Positions 13,266 through 25,682 of a DNA stretch of 64,000 nt are shown in pieces. The DNA lies in contig OZ024743.1 in assembly GCA_964016885.1 (NCBI GenBank), positions 4,030,001-4,094,000 of the forward strand, in the 5' to 3' direction. The first letter of the stretch is position 1; the number at the start of each line of letters is the position of its first letter. Source of the DNA: Eledone cirrhosa (Eukaryota). The position numbers and the translations under genes were made by a program. The notes under the pieces are model-generated. The model saw only the letters and a list, made by a program, of their open reading frames with translations, was not told the origin of the DNA and searched no databases.

Positions 13266-13509
13266 TTAATCCAGCTTAAAGTCTGCACATTCAGGCTTTT
13301 CATATACATGGTTATACAGAAATCTTACAATATAATAATACTTCAGATAACGATCTCAATTTTGTAACGCTTCTTTGTGACATCATACTTGAAGCCATGA
13401 AATGTGAAGTGAAATCGGGCAGGATTTTAATTTATTTATTTGACTAAATGACACTTAGTAACATATTTTAAATCCGAGTCAAAACCCTGACTCCATTAGA
13501 AAAAAAATA

Positions 13510-13720
13510 TTTGTTTCTATGTTTGGCACAAGGCCAAAAATTTCAAGAGATGGGAAAAGTTTATTAAATCAATTCTAATGCGTTACTGGTACTTTATTTT
13601 ATTGACCCCGTATGGATGAAAGCCAAAGCTAACGCCGGTGGGTTTTGAACTCAGAACGTAAGGAGCCGTAACTATATGCTGCAGGTCATAGTGTCCACCA
13701 TTCTACCAACCCACTGCCCT
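13510..13720 (-). mobile_element. SINE-1 copy (older, diverged)
   Basis: Reverse complement of the SINE-1 tail (TTTCTA...GGCACAAGGCC) and body. Confidence 0.75.
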
Positions 13721-14984
13721 TCCATTACACACAAGAATACAATTTATAATTCAAATATCAAGCCAAATTAAACGACGATTGTGATGATTATAATCATGAT
13801 TCCGTTCATGATGATAATGATGGGGTAAGAGAAAGAGATGGTAGAGAAGAATCATGGTCATGACGATCATGATGATTATGATCAGGATTTTCCAAAATGC
13901 GTTAAGCCTTCGGCAAAAAAACATCTCTTGATTTCTTTCAAATTCCGCCACAGTAAATGTTCCTTATTGCTTGACATTTTGTAATCAGAATTAGGCCACG
14001 AAGTCTGTTTAGCTTTCATGACCTTTTCTTAGTAAATTGAGTATCTACTGTAGAATCCTAGAGGATTTTCTTAGTAATTTGAGTATTCTAGAGAACGTTA
14101 GATAAGGTTGAATAAAGTGTACTGTGCAGAGGCAGCAAACATGAACTCCTGGTCTATGAGCCTAGAGTTTCATGAACTGATCGATTTTGGCCAATCATTA
14201 AAATATCTTGTAGTAAGAGTAATTACTACCGCTATTTACATATTCAATTCTGCTGAAAAGAATCACAGGATGAATTGAAAAAAAAATAAAAAAAATTATG
14301 TTCTTCATCTTTTTAATTAAATTAGTAGCTAAAGTTAACAGCACAGAGACTATGTTAGCCACATTCCATTAAAAAAGCGTTTCCGGTGTCATTTCCTTCA
14401 GTGAGGCAATACCAAGCCCCAGGATTGTGATATTCTTTATTTCATTTTATTTTGTGTAGTCATCACTTAGTTACATTGCTGAAATTAATTTGATAGCGAA
14501 TTTGTTGACCATATCTTTGTTATCACTGTTTTCGTTTTTCCTTTTGCTCAATCTATATTCTATGTTTAACTGAAAATTAGTTATAGTATAACAATTGTTT
14601 CATTGGGTAAATTAGAATATTTAGTAGCTTTTTTTACGGGAACTACAAATGAGAAGTTGGAATAAATATGCCTCACTGAAAAGCCAGGATGGTATACGAT
14701 TTAACCTTTCTGCAAGAAAATGTTAGTAAATAAGAGGGTTATAAACAATGGATTCCGGTCGTAATATTATGTACGTAGTTCGTCATTATTATATTCTGAG
14801 TATGTTTAGAATCATCCGCAAGCAAAATATCAGTCATGAACTGGGGTGTACATAAATGAAAATCTACACTTCATCAAGTATATTTTCAACATGGCGCCTA
14901 CATGAGGAATAAGCAGTACAATACTTATGTTCGGATATGCACCTGCACGTGAATTTATTAAGTTATTCGAATTCATTGCATTAT

Positions 14985-15200
14985 TTAACTTTGCCTTTCA
15001 TCCTTCCGGGGTCGATAGAATAAAGTAGCAGTAATGCATTGGGTAATTGCTGGCCTTGTGCCAAAAGTAGAAGCAATTATTTATTATTATCACTTTGGTT
15101 AACTTTACCTTTCATCCTTACGCGGTCGATAAAATAAAGTACCAGTAATGTACTGGATAATTTCTGGCCTTGTGCCAAAGTAGAAACAATTATTTATTAT
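14985..15200 (+). mobile_element. Two tandem 5'-truncated SINE-1 copies
   Basis: AACTTT.CCTTTCATCCTT...GGCCTTGTGCCAAA.GTAGAA.CAATTATT occurs at ~14987-15090 and ~15100-15203. Confidence 0.85.
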
Positions 15201-15220
15201 TATCACTGACGGCGCAATAG

Positions 15221-15290
<70 letters not shown>

Positions 15291-15481
15291 AATACAAAGA
15301 AATACACAGACACATGCGAATACATACATATACATGCATATACCTACATATATCCTTGAATTTGTGTGGTGCCAACCTTAACCGTTGTTGCTCTATGAAT
15401 AATAGGGACAAAATAATCTGGATGGATTAGATTGATTCAATATCAAAGCTATATAATACATTATAAACTCTAAATGAGGTA

Positions 15482-15573
15482 TCCTCTTGATAAGTCGGCA
15501 AACCTCACAAAAATACTGCATCTCTATGATGTAATGTTTTTGCATAATAGCCACGAAACTACGTAGTCGAGGA
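15482..15573 (+). ncRNA. Type I hammerhead ribozyme, U3-A8 core variant, long stem II
   Basis: Stem I TCCTC/GAGGA; core TTGATAA; stem II GT(c)GGC...GCCAC with inner hairpin CAAAAATA.TGCATC-tctat-GATGTA.TGTTTTTG; GAAA; palindromic stem III ACTACGTAGT; cleavage triplet GUC at 15566-15568. Confidence 0.7.
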
Positions 15574-16048
15574 TAATGAAGGAATTTAGGTATATTATAT
15601 CTTTTTATTTATATCTAATGTTTCTTCTTTCTTTATAATGTATTATATAGCTCTGATATTGAATAAATCTAATCCATCCAGATTATTTTGTCCCTATTAT
15701 TCATAGAGCAACAACGGTTAAGGTTGGCACCACACAAATTCAGGGATATATGTGGGCATATGCATGTTTATGTATGTATTCGTATGTGTCTGTGTATTTC
15801 TTTATATTGTTTATAACTCCCTACGGTAGAGTAACCACTGAAGTGTAGTGACTGCTGGAAAGCTTACACTAATCACACGTCTCGCCCTCCTAGCCAACTC
15901 TTCTACGGCCTTGACATAAATACCCCCTCCGCCTTTTGTGGTATTTTTCTCTTGGTTGTAAGAGGCTTAGCTCTGTTTCTTGACCGCTGTACCACGTGAT
16001 AAGTTCCCCCTCCGCCTACGGACGTGTTTTGAAACTCTAAATGAGGTA

Positions 16049-16140
16049 TCCTCTTGATAAGTCGGCAAACCTCACAAAAATACTGCATCTCTATGATGTA
16101 ATGTTTTTGCATAATAACCACGAAACTACGTAGTTGAGGA
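16049..16140 (+). ncRNA. Second copy of the type I hammerhead (GUU triplet)
   Basis: Near-identical to 15482-15573, with GAAACTACGTAGTT-GAGGA and one stem II mismatch. Confidence 0.6.
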
Positions 16141-16207
16141 GTAGTGAAGGAATTTAGGTTATTATATCTTTTTATTTATATCTAATGTTTCTTCTTTCTT
16201 TATAATG

Positions 16208-16280
<73 letters not shown>

Positions 16281-16447
16281 GAAAATAATAAAAATATTTC
16301 GCTCTACATGGCTGAATACAATAAATGTGATCTGAGTTTTTTGAATATTAATAATTACATTCGATTCGTTAGCAACTATGCAAACAAGCCTCATTTTTGA
16401 AGCCATGTCAGTAGAATGAACCCTTCATTCTTGCTCTTGTGTTGGAT

Positions 16448-16513
16448 GTAAACAGAACTGCAGACACTAATGTTTCTGGGTATTACCCTTCATCAGTACA
16501 GCTCACTGTTCAC
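16448..16513 (-). ncRNA. Type I hammerhead ribozyme
   Basis: Minus strand reads GTGAACA-gt-GAGCTGTA CTGATGA a GGG-taata-CCC a GAAA CA-ttag-T GTC TGCAGTTC TGTTTAC. The core is intact and stem I is 15 bp with a bulge. The first stem II position is an A.A mismatch. Predicted cleavage is between 16463 and 16462. Confidence 0.7.
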
Positions 16514-16565
16514 CTGCCAACTGTCAGAACTAGTGAAAATATATGATATTTTCTAAAATATACAG

Positions 16566-16808
16566 TGACTGATCGGCCTGATTTGCATATTAGCAGACTG
16601 GCTGGTCAGTCAGATCTGTATATTAGCAGACTGGCTGATCAGTCAGATCTGCATATTAGCAGACTGGCTGGTCAGTCAGATCTGTATATTAGCAGACTGG
16701 CTGGTCAGTCAGATCTGTATATTAGCAGACTGGCTGGTCAGTCAGATCTGTATATTAGCAGACTGGCTGGTCAGTCAGATCTGTATATTAGCAGACTGGC
16801 CAGTCAGT
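16566..16808. repeat. 33-bp minisatellite, ~7 copies
   Basis: Unit TCTGTATATTAGCAGACTGGCTGGTCAGTCAGA, containing the hairpin GACTGG-ctgg-TCAGTC. Confidence 0.95.
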
Positions 16809-17222
16809 TTCCTGTATACGAGCGATAAATGGCCGGTTTTGCCACATTCAAATAGAGAGAAAAAAAGATTTCGCTCTACATGGCTGAATACAATAAATGT
16901 AATCTGAGTTTTTCGAATATTAATAATAACATTCGATGCGTTTGCATTATGCAAACAAGCCTCATTTTTAAAGCCATGTCAGTCAAATCAACCCTTCATT
17001 ATATATATATATGTTGTATTATGTGTGTGTGTGCGTGTGTGTGTGTAATTCGAGTTGAAATATTTATTAATTCGCTACAATAAAATAGAAATAATCATTC
17101 TTCAGAGTTTCTCTGGTATGATTTATTAAGGCTATGAATCTTTCTCTCATTTTCTGTCGCTATATTGGCCGAATAAACATGGAGTCGATGTTCGATGTTG
17201 ACAGCCCTAATACAGCCCTATT

Positions 17223-17410
17223 GTGAATTGGCAGTATCGGTAGAGAGTCGGGCGCCATGCTTTGCAGCATAGTTACGTCCCTTTACGATCTGAGTTCAAA
17301 TCTCGCCGAGGTTAACTTTGCCTTTCATCCTTATGGGGTCGATAAAATAAAGTACCAGTAATGTACTGGGTTATTGCAGGCCTTGTGCCAAAAGTAGAAA
17401 CAATTAATTA
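17223..17410 (+). mobile_element. SINE-1 copy
   Basis: A and B boxes, body and tail as in 3564-3760. Confidence 0.9.
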
Positions 17411-18272
17411 TAATATATTATTTTGAATTATAAACTTTCTATATACGAAGTTATATTTATTTGCATTTAACATCTCTAATTCTATATAATCCTTCACGTT
17501 CACACGCACACGTATACGCATACAAACAAACAAGGAACCAAATATACACACCCATCTGACACACAGACGTACATACAGTAATATCGATGTGTCACCAAGC
17601 ATGAACAGATTCCACATACCGACGTGGCACATATACACGCCTACAAATGCATATGCATATATTTTAGAATCGATATATTGTTATTAATCTTTTCCTTTTC
17701 ATGCATCTCACATTGCATATTACTAAGTCCCTTGGAGCACATACTTATTGAAGTACATGATTCTCCCAATGAAACTGAATTTCTCAGGAATTGTAATTAT
17801 ATCTATGATAAATGGTATATTTTCATAACAGGTAAGCAAAATTTGTTATAACTGGGCAAGACACGTAATTTTGTAGATGAAATATGATTAACGTGTTCGT
17901 AAAGAAAATGGAAGTAGCGTAATATTCTACTGCAAGGAGCTGAGGTCATTGTGTCCTGCTTCAATTTATATATTGCAGTTAAATAGGTGTTAGTATGTTA
18001 TGTTTGAATGTAAGACAATTCTCTTCATGTACATATATAGACGAAAAACAATATTCATATGTTTGCGTTAGGAATGGATTTAAAGGGATTTTGAATCACA
18101 GTAAGTTAATGTAAGCGAAAGGGTTAAAGAATGAAGTAATATAGGTGAATTAGGGATGCGGAGGAGTAAAGGGAGAGGTAGGAATTCAGATGGTTCGTCA
18201 TGTATGAGTTGATTGAGGGTAGGGTTTACATGTGACTAATTCATTCTAAGTTCATTGTGAATTTTGAGCCAA

Positions 18273-18925
18273 TCTTCTTCTTCTTCTTCTTCTTCTTCTT
18301 CTTCTTCTTCTTCTTCTTCTTCTTCTTCTTCTTCTTCTTCTTCTTCTTCTTCTTCTTCTTCTTCTTCTTCTTCTTCTTCTTCTTCTTCTCCCCCCCCCCC
18401 AGTGGGTCCTGCCAGAAGCAACCGTCTGCAACTGATGTGGCTGGATCCCCAAGTAAAACCAGTTGAGCTCAGGGATCTTATCCAACTGTCTTACTCGGGG
18501 TCTACTCGTGGGTCTCCTACCAGTTGTTTTTGCCCGTAAAATCTGTCCAGAGATTCTTTCCTGAGGCATTCTAACCACATGGCCGTAGTATCGGAGCTGT
18601 GATCTCTAAATTCGGAGAAGTAGCGGCTCCACCTGGAGAGACTCTCTGATCTCCGAGTTACGCACTCTATCGAGTAATGTTACGCCATAGGTCTTCGGAG
18701 GAATCCCATTTCGGCTGCTATTCACGATCCTACTTTTAGATCATTGACTAAGATTCCTGACTATAGGTAAGGGTTCGCAGGAATACCGAATTGAAGATAG
18801 AGAGTTTGGCTTTTACACCTAACTCCCTTTTTCTGATGACCAAATGCTGAAGCTGGCGCATCGCTGTAACAGCTCCTGCAATTCGTGCAGTTAATGCAGC
18901 CTTCTGCCATGCAATACACCTGCCA
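18273..18925 (-). mobile_element. RTE-clade LINE 3' fragment with expanded (GAA)n tail
   Basis: Minus strand reads SQLRYYGHVVRMPQERISGQILRAKTTGRRPTSRPRVRQLD, the RTE C-terminal motif. (TTC)n occupies 18273-18388. Confidence 0.75.
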
Positions 18926-18981
18926 ACCTATCTACCAATATGCATACTTACATACAAATTTGCATTCATTCGTTCGTTCAT

Positions 18982-19138
18982 ACGTACATACATACAAGAC
19001 ATACATACATACACACATACATACACACACACACACACATACATACATACATACATACATACATACACACATACATATGTACACACATACATACATACAC
19101 ACACACATACATACATGCATACATACATACACACACAT

Positions 19139-19169
<31 letters not shown>

Positions 19170-19224
19170 TACACACATACATACACACACATACATACAT
19201 ACATACACACATACATACGTACAA

Positions 19225-19283
<59 letters not shown>

Positions 19284-19296
19284 TACATACATACAT
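18982..19296. repeat. (CATA)n/(CA)n compound microsatellite
   Basis: Seen directly; source of the spurious HTYI/VCMY ORFs. Confidence 0.95.
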
Positions 19297-19898
19297 AGTG
19301 GCTGCCAACTCGTTTTCGAGTACGGCCACTACTTTATATCCATGTAGGAGAACCCCTACCGATGCGCTGACGAGTGTGACTTTTTAGTTCAGCCAGCGAC
19401 TTGGAAACTCTGGTACAAACACTACAGCTGTGACAATTATTGACTCAGTGCTGGGCCCATGGTACCATGTGACGACAAGTGCAGAGAGATCTCCAGATAT
19501 AAAGCAATGCCTGTGCCGTGAAGCTTTTATAGTGAGCAAAGGCACTGCACAAAGCCAGTCCCACTCTCTTAACCAAGATGATATTTACCAAAAAGAAGAA
19601 CAAGACAACATCATTGGATACCATCAGGGTTGCAGGTGTTATATCAGAGTTTTCCTTCTCCTAGAATTCTGCCCCGACAAAGGCTAAGGGGTCATCTCTC
19701 CCGGTGATTTTGGATGGCCATTGACTCTTAAGAGGTCCTTTGCCCTTTGACAGGTTTTGTTTTTAGTCCTGCAGGATGTCCAAAGTCACCCTCCTCACCA
19801 AGAAACCTTGGTGGGGTTGCCAGTTTAGTCGCCAATGACCCGACCATGGGACAAGTTGTACTGGAATACATGTTACCAGTAGCACCAAGTGGTGACCT
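19296..19898 (-). mobile_element. ~600 bp non-coding interspersed repeat, RTE-5'UTR-like (copy 1)
   Basis: Inverted homologue of 22501-23078. Contains GAGTCAATGGCCATCCA and CTAGGAGAAGGAAAACTCTGAT motifs typical of RTE 5'UTRs. Embedded in (TATG)n. Confidence 0.7.
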
Positions 19899-22159
19899 GA
19901 CATATACATACATACATACATACACACATAATATTCAGCATAAGACCGAAAAAAAGGTAAGGATATTAGAAATAAATCATCAGCAGTTATATATAGTTTC
20001 TATCATATTTTAATATGTCTCCGATTTGTTACGAGGCAATAACTTTAACAAACATGTTGCCATCTTGTATGTAAACTTGTTCCGATATTTCTTTGTCCAG
20101 TGCTACTTGTGAGCCGGATATAGATTAATGTTACACTAAGTATATTTTAATGTGCTCGTAATTGTATCTTATCACCTATTCTACGTCAAATAATAGGAGA
20201 ATTACGTAGATGCGTTGGCATCATTTAATACATAATATGTTTAACGCCTCGATGATAAAAATTTAGCAATCTAAATTTCATCAAATATTTACTATCTTAT
20301 TTAAATTACTGAGTATGCTTCCCTGATTAGAAGCCCATACGGAAATATACAAGATAACATTTAGAACACAATGCGTTTATGGTTTCCAACTTATATTATG
20401 ATTGGTTATGATACAGATAATCTACATTAAATAATCTTAAACTAGAGGATATGCAGTATTTAACTCAGTGGTATATTATATGCAGGTTATTTCAGATTAC
20501 TATATGATAAAAGGCAATCCAATTTCATGGGAATTTTAACAGGAAACCTAATTCTCCTCAAACACAGATGCCCACTGCCAGTGTCTATAAGCATATAAAA
20601 ACAAACTGAATTACAAGATATCCAATTTTCAATCATGGCATAACTGAATCAGTAGCATGGTTTTCAAATGCACGTAAGCATAGCTTGCCAGAGGAAGACT
20701 CTCTAGGACTAAAACTAACACCAATAACAACATCAACAACATGGATAACCCACACGCCTATTCTATACTAGACTCATCTCATTTAACGTCTAATTCTTGG
20801 AGCAGGACAAAATCCACTTTCTTCGTCGTTATCCTGGCTAATTACAGAATAACCACGGGGATAGCTTTTGGTAGCTACAGTGAGAGGTTAACTAATAGTA
20901 ATATACATTTCTACTGTATTTTGTTATTCTCAACTTCTCACACTGGTATGTACTGCATATACTGATATCCTTTACTTACATCTATTCTTTCTATCAATAA
21001 ATGCGAAAGATATCTACATGCTCGATTAATGTTAATCTGTAGCTCTACAAACAGTTCTTAGCTAGTTTAACCCTCGCATATTTTATGCTTAAATCTAAAT
21101 AAATGTCTGTATCACCACTATAAATAATTAATGCAATAGAAAAATTACTCTAAATTTAATTGTTAAACATTTAAGGTTTTATATCAACTAAAATTAGAAA
21201 TAAACACGAATTCTTTGGTCAGATTAAGATTAATCTTTTTTTAACCGGGAAAATTAAATTGTATTAGTTATGGTTTAATTAATTAACAAATGCATAAATA
21301 AGTTAGTTAACAACGAAGATATTGAACATATTAAAATACAATGAAGAAATAAATATTGACATGTGACCTAAGTGAAAAATATCTATTAAGCATTGTGTTA
21401 GAAACTATGATGAGATTAGTTGTGGAATTATCCAGCATTACCCAGGAGATAAAACTTGACATTATGCAGGATATTCTACATGAGATATCAAGTCTCTCTC
21501 TCTACCCCCCCCCCCCCTCTCTCTCTTTTACCGCCCTTCATACATGCACACACATCAGGGAAGAGGACAAAACTTATACTTTCATGTTTGTGCAAGAACG
21601 ATCAGTATATCCAGAAAGAACTGCAGAGAGGCTTCAGATATCAGGTGAAACTGTACAGATGTTAAAATCCCATAATCGAGTATGAAGGTCGTTACTTCAT
21701 AGTCAGGAAACTCAATATTTTTGTCTCACTGTGAAACAACTTCAGTAAGAGGCTTAATCGCTAGTAGATCGGCATATCGAGAATATGGTTGGATCGACGT
21801 GAACTGCTTTAGGTGCCAGTAGAATTGATTACACCTGAAATTCGTAGAACCAGGATCGTCACACTTTTTCGTGTTGAATCACTTTGGGAATAGCTTTAAC
21901 CGCACATGTGCCTCTGGAATACTCAACCATCTACACAGTAATTCCACTAGTTTGCTGTTCCGTGAGCGAAAAACTAGAAAACTCGTCATCAAAATAGCTT
22001 GTTTATACTTCCGTTTGTCTAGAGTTTTATCTCATATATATACCTAACCACTACTCCTGTTAGCAACAACACTCAGCCGCCATCATTGCTACCATCAACA
22101 AGCACTACCATCATCAACTAGAACAAACATCACCATAAGCCACGGGCACCCCTACCGGC

Positions 22160-22270
22160 CATCACCGCCGTCGGCAGCTACGGCCAGCCATCACCGCCAT
22201 CAGCAGCTACAGCCAACCATCACCGCCATCAACAACTGCAGCCAACCATCACCACCATCAGCACCACTAA
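22160..22270. repeat. 29-bp degenerate minisatellite, ~4 copies
   Basis: Unit approximately CATCACCGCCATCAGCAGCTACAGCCAAC. Confidence 0.75.
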
Positions 22271-22500
22271 CTGCTAGACGCCAACTCCATCACCGCCATC
22301 AACCACTACACCCCAACCACCACCACTACTAACGACGAGAGACCATGTATTGAGTCCGTAATTGGAACATTGTCATTTGATTGTATGTGTGTAGGCATCC
22401 ATGTGTATGTGTATGTATATATATGCATGTGTATGTGTGTGTGTAGATAGGCATCTATGTATGTGTGTGTGTATGTATATGGATATATATATGTCTATGT

Positions 22501-23078
22501 TGGTGCTACTGGTAACATGTATCCCAGTACAACCTGTCCCATGGTAGAGTCGTTGGCGACTAAACTGGCAACCTCACCAAGGTTTCTTAGTGAGGAGGGT
22601 GACTTTGGACATGCTGCAGGACTAAAAACAAAACCTGTCAAAGGGCAAAGGAGCTCTTAAGAGTCAATGGCCATCCAAAATCACCGGGAGAGATGACCCC
22701 TTAGCCTTTTTCAAGAAAGAATTCTAGGAGAAGGAAAACTCTGATATAACACCTGTAACCCTGATGGTATCCAATGATGTTGACTTGTTCTTCTTTTTGG
22801 TAAATATCATCTTGGTTAAGAGAGTGGTACTGGCTTCGTGCAGTGCCTTTGCTCACTATAAAAGCTTAACGGCACAGGCATTGCTTTATATCTGGAGATC
22901 TCTCTGTACCATGGGCTCAGCACTATGTGTCAATAATTGTCACAAGTGTAGTGTTGGTACCAGAGTTTTCAAGTCGCTGGCTGGACTAAAAAGTCACACT
23001 TGTTCAGCGCATCAGTAGGGGTTCTCCTACATGGATATAAAGTAGTGGCCGTACTCGAAAACGAGTTGGCAGCCACCA
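22501..23078 (+). mobile_element. ~600 bp non-coding interspersed repeat, RTE-5'UTR-like (copy 2)
   Basis: Homologous to 19296-19898 and flanked by (TATG)n on both sides. Confidence 0.7.
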
Positions 23079-23084
23079 TGTATG

Positions 23085-23115
<31 letters not shown>

Positions 23116-24047
23116 GGGGGGATAGAGAGAAGGAGATAGAGAGAAAGAGCGAGAGAGTGAGAGAGAGAGAGAGAGAGAGAGTGTCTGTGTGTGTGTGTGA
23201 GAGAGAGATGTATATACATGTGTGTGTGAATATTTATGAGTACAATCAACATGTGGATGTTAAGTATTTATATTAACAGTTGATTTAACTCGGGAATTTC
23301 AAGACGTGAATACATCAGCTCAAATTATCAGGTCAATTGAAAATGAAAACAATTTGGAGAATGGGGTTTGGAGTTATGCTGCTAACGGTCTCCAGTGGTT
23401 GGTTTAAGACATATGGTCACCACATTGTGGTGGTGTAAATAGGTTCTCAACAGCAGGAGGAAGTTTGCGTCGTGGTGGCCATTAATCTCAGCAAACTCCA
23501 GCAAAATTGGGTGTGTGAACTTTTGGGCAACCAGGAGGCAGCAATGAATCTGGCGGGTCTACTTCACTGTGTATGTGGTGTCGGTGTCACGCTAAATTCT
23601 CATTTAATGGGTGTGGTGACATTTGATCAGTAGAATGGTTGTATTTTAATGGTGCACGTATCCCATACCCACACGCAAGTACTGTGGAATTAAAGAAGTC
23701 TTACGGGTTGACTGCAAACATTATACTTCGTGGGTGGCAGTATTGACACCTGCTACCCTCGTGGCCATATAGAGGCGCCTGTCCAGAATGGTCTCTGCAT
23801 ATATATACACACATATATATGTATATATATACACACACACACACATATATACGTATATATATATATATATACAGGCATGCATACACATATATACACAGAA
23901 ACACACACACGTGTACACACACACAGACATATATATATATTAGGAAAAGAGTCAGACTCCTTTCCTATTACCCACTCTACTACCCTTAGTATTGAGTACT
24001 CTGGTGCGTTATGGTCCACCTGGTATCTTACCACACCCTCTTTGTTC

Positions 24048-24095
<48 letters not shown>

Positions 24096-24550
24096 CAGAG
24101 AGAGGGGGAGAGATATTAACTAAAGTTACAATGAAAAGCTAAAAGTAAAGTATGTCTGCAGAAGTGTTTTGCATTTGTTTTTATTGGGGACCCCTTCATT
24201 GGAGAACTGACATACTTTAACTATTTTTGTTTTCCTAAATTGAACATTCTCAACGCGTATAGTTTCAGCGAATCTTACTACTTATATTTGATTATTTACT
24301 TACTGTATTATCTCGTATTTAAAACTCAATAATATCTAATTGTTAATTGCCATGTTTGTATTTTAGGCACTCTCTAACCATATGTTGTCTTTTATTACTC
24401 TTATCAATTCTCTGATAAACCATTCCATAGTCTATTAGCTATCAACTTCTCTCTTGGGAATGATGTATTGCATTAAAATGAGAAACAGTTACGTAACAAC
24501 CCTCAAGTGTTAATTATGACGTTCATATTTATCTGGTAACATTATTAACT

Positions 24551-24720
24551 CATGGCGGTGAATTAGCAGTATCGGTAGAATGTCGGACATGTCGAGCATA
24601 GTTACGTCCCTTTACAATCTGAGTTCAACTTTGCCTTTCATCCTTACGGGGTCGATAAAATAAAATACCAGTAATGTACTGGGTAAATGCTGGCCTTGTG
24701 CCTAAAATAGAAACAATTGT
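24551..24720 (+). mobile_element. SINE-1 copy
   Basis: Body and tail as in the other copies, with a small internal deletion. Confidence 0.85.
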
Positions 24721-25418
24721 TAACTCATTGCCTAAATACGGTATGACTTGCCCTTTGCGATTGTTTCATAATTGTTGCATCGAAAGATTTACAAATTAAT
24801 ATAGAATGGGTTACTTACTGAACAGCAATTGTACACATTCTAAATCTAAAAGTACACTGATACCCAACGAGATAGCTTCTAAGCAATCATATGATTTCTT
24901 AAAAACAGCAATCAAATGTCTATTAAATAGCACTCTGCTGTCTTAAATGGGGACAAAATGTTCGACAAGAATTGACTTTTAATTACAACTCTGACCGATC
25001 AGGGTTGACCTGTTGCTAAACATCAGCAACAATCGCAGAGTCATCTCGAAGTAGATATAACATTTATAAACCTGATCTCCAAACATTCTACCATCTGTTA
25101 TCTCTTTATCTACCTGCATTTTCAAAACGATGAAAATATAATTAACAATATTGTTGTGGTTGATTAGTCTCAGGTTAAACATCATTGAGCAACTATATCA
25201 TGAAAGACATTTTAAATATGACCGTTCCGTATTTTACGAGTATCCAAAACTTCATTATTCAATATATCCTTTCTAGTTTAACATTGTGAAGTTTAGTTCA
25301 GAGATTTGATTGCGTTTTGTATCAAGTAAATAATATTTAGTTCTGCCCATGTTATAATCAGTATCTCTACTCATTGGATGAATAGAACTGCAATGGACCA
25401 TAAATAAATAAGTATTAT

Positions 25419-25682
25419 TTACGGGGTCGATAAAATAAAGTACCAGTAATGCACTGGGTAATTGCTGGCCTTGTGCCTAAAGTAGAAACAATTATAATTA
25501 ATAATTGTTTCTACTTTTGGCACAAGGCCATCAATTACCCAGTGCATTACTGGTACTTTATTTTATCGACTCCGTAAGGATGAAAGGCAAAGTTAACCTC
25601 GGCGGGATTTTAACTCAGATCGTAAAGGGACGTAACTATGCTGGAAAGCATGGCGTCCGACCCTCTACCGATACTGCCAATC
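25419..25682. mobile_element. Tail-to-tail SINE-1 pair (truncated + copy, full - copy)
   Basis: 25419-25497 is the reverse complement of 25499-25577. Confidence 0.9.

Larger units (their letters stand above)
15283..16216 (+). mobile_element. Non-autonomous Penelope-like/retrozyme-like element: ~567 bp tandem unit with hammerheads and an inverted 5' segment
   Basis: Direct repeat 15465-15650 / 16032-16216 and inverted repeat 15283-15468 / 15631-15816. Each direct repeat contains a hammerhead fold. No plausible protein. Confidence 0.75.
16297..17000 (-). mobile_element. Second non-autonomous PLE/retrozyme-like element (~572 bp unit with ~132 bp direct repeats)
   Basis: Direct repeats 16297-16429 and 16869-17000 enclose a hammerhead and a 33-bp minisatellite. 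Confidence 0.65.

Noticed and set aside
16566-16808. CRISPR-like appearance and the 87-aa repeat ORF (DLYISRLAGQS)n
   Set aside because: The units are contiguous with no unique spacers, the context is eukaryotic, and the ORF is a by-product of the 33-bp period.
18885-19387. ORFs made of HTYI/VCMY, poly-E/R/F/S, YIYI, poly-N/I/T (here and elsewhere)
   Set aside because: These are translations of microsatellites with no coding evidence.
21700-23790. Possible old LINE fragments at ~21700-21930 and ~23350-23790
   Set aside because: Too decayed to assign by eye; no unambiguous motif.
24165-24210. Hammerhead-like CCAATGAAGGGGTCCCC on the minus strand
   Set aside because: The core is mutated, and no GAAA, stem III or stem I can be assembled.
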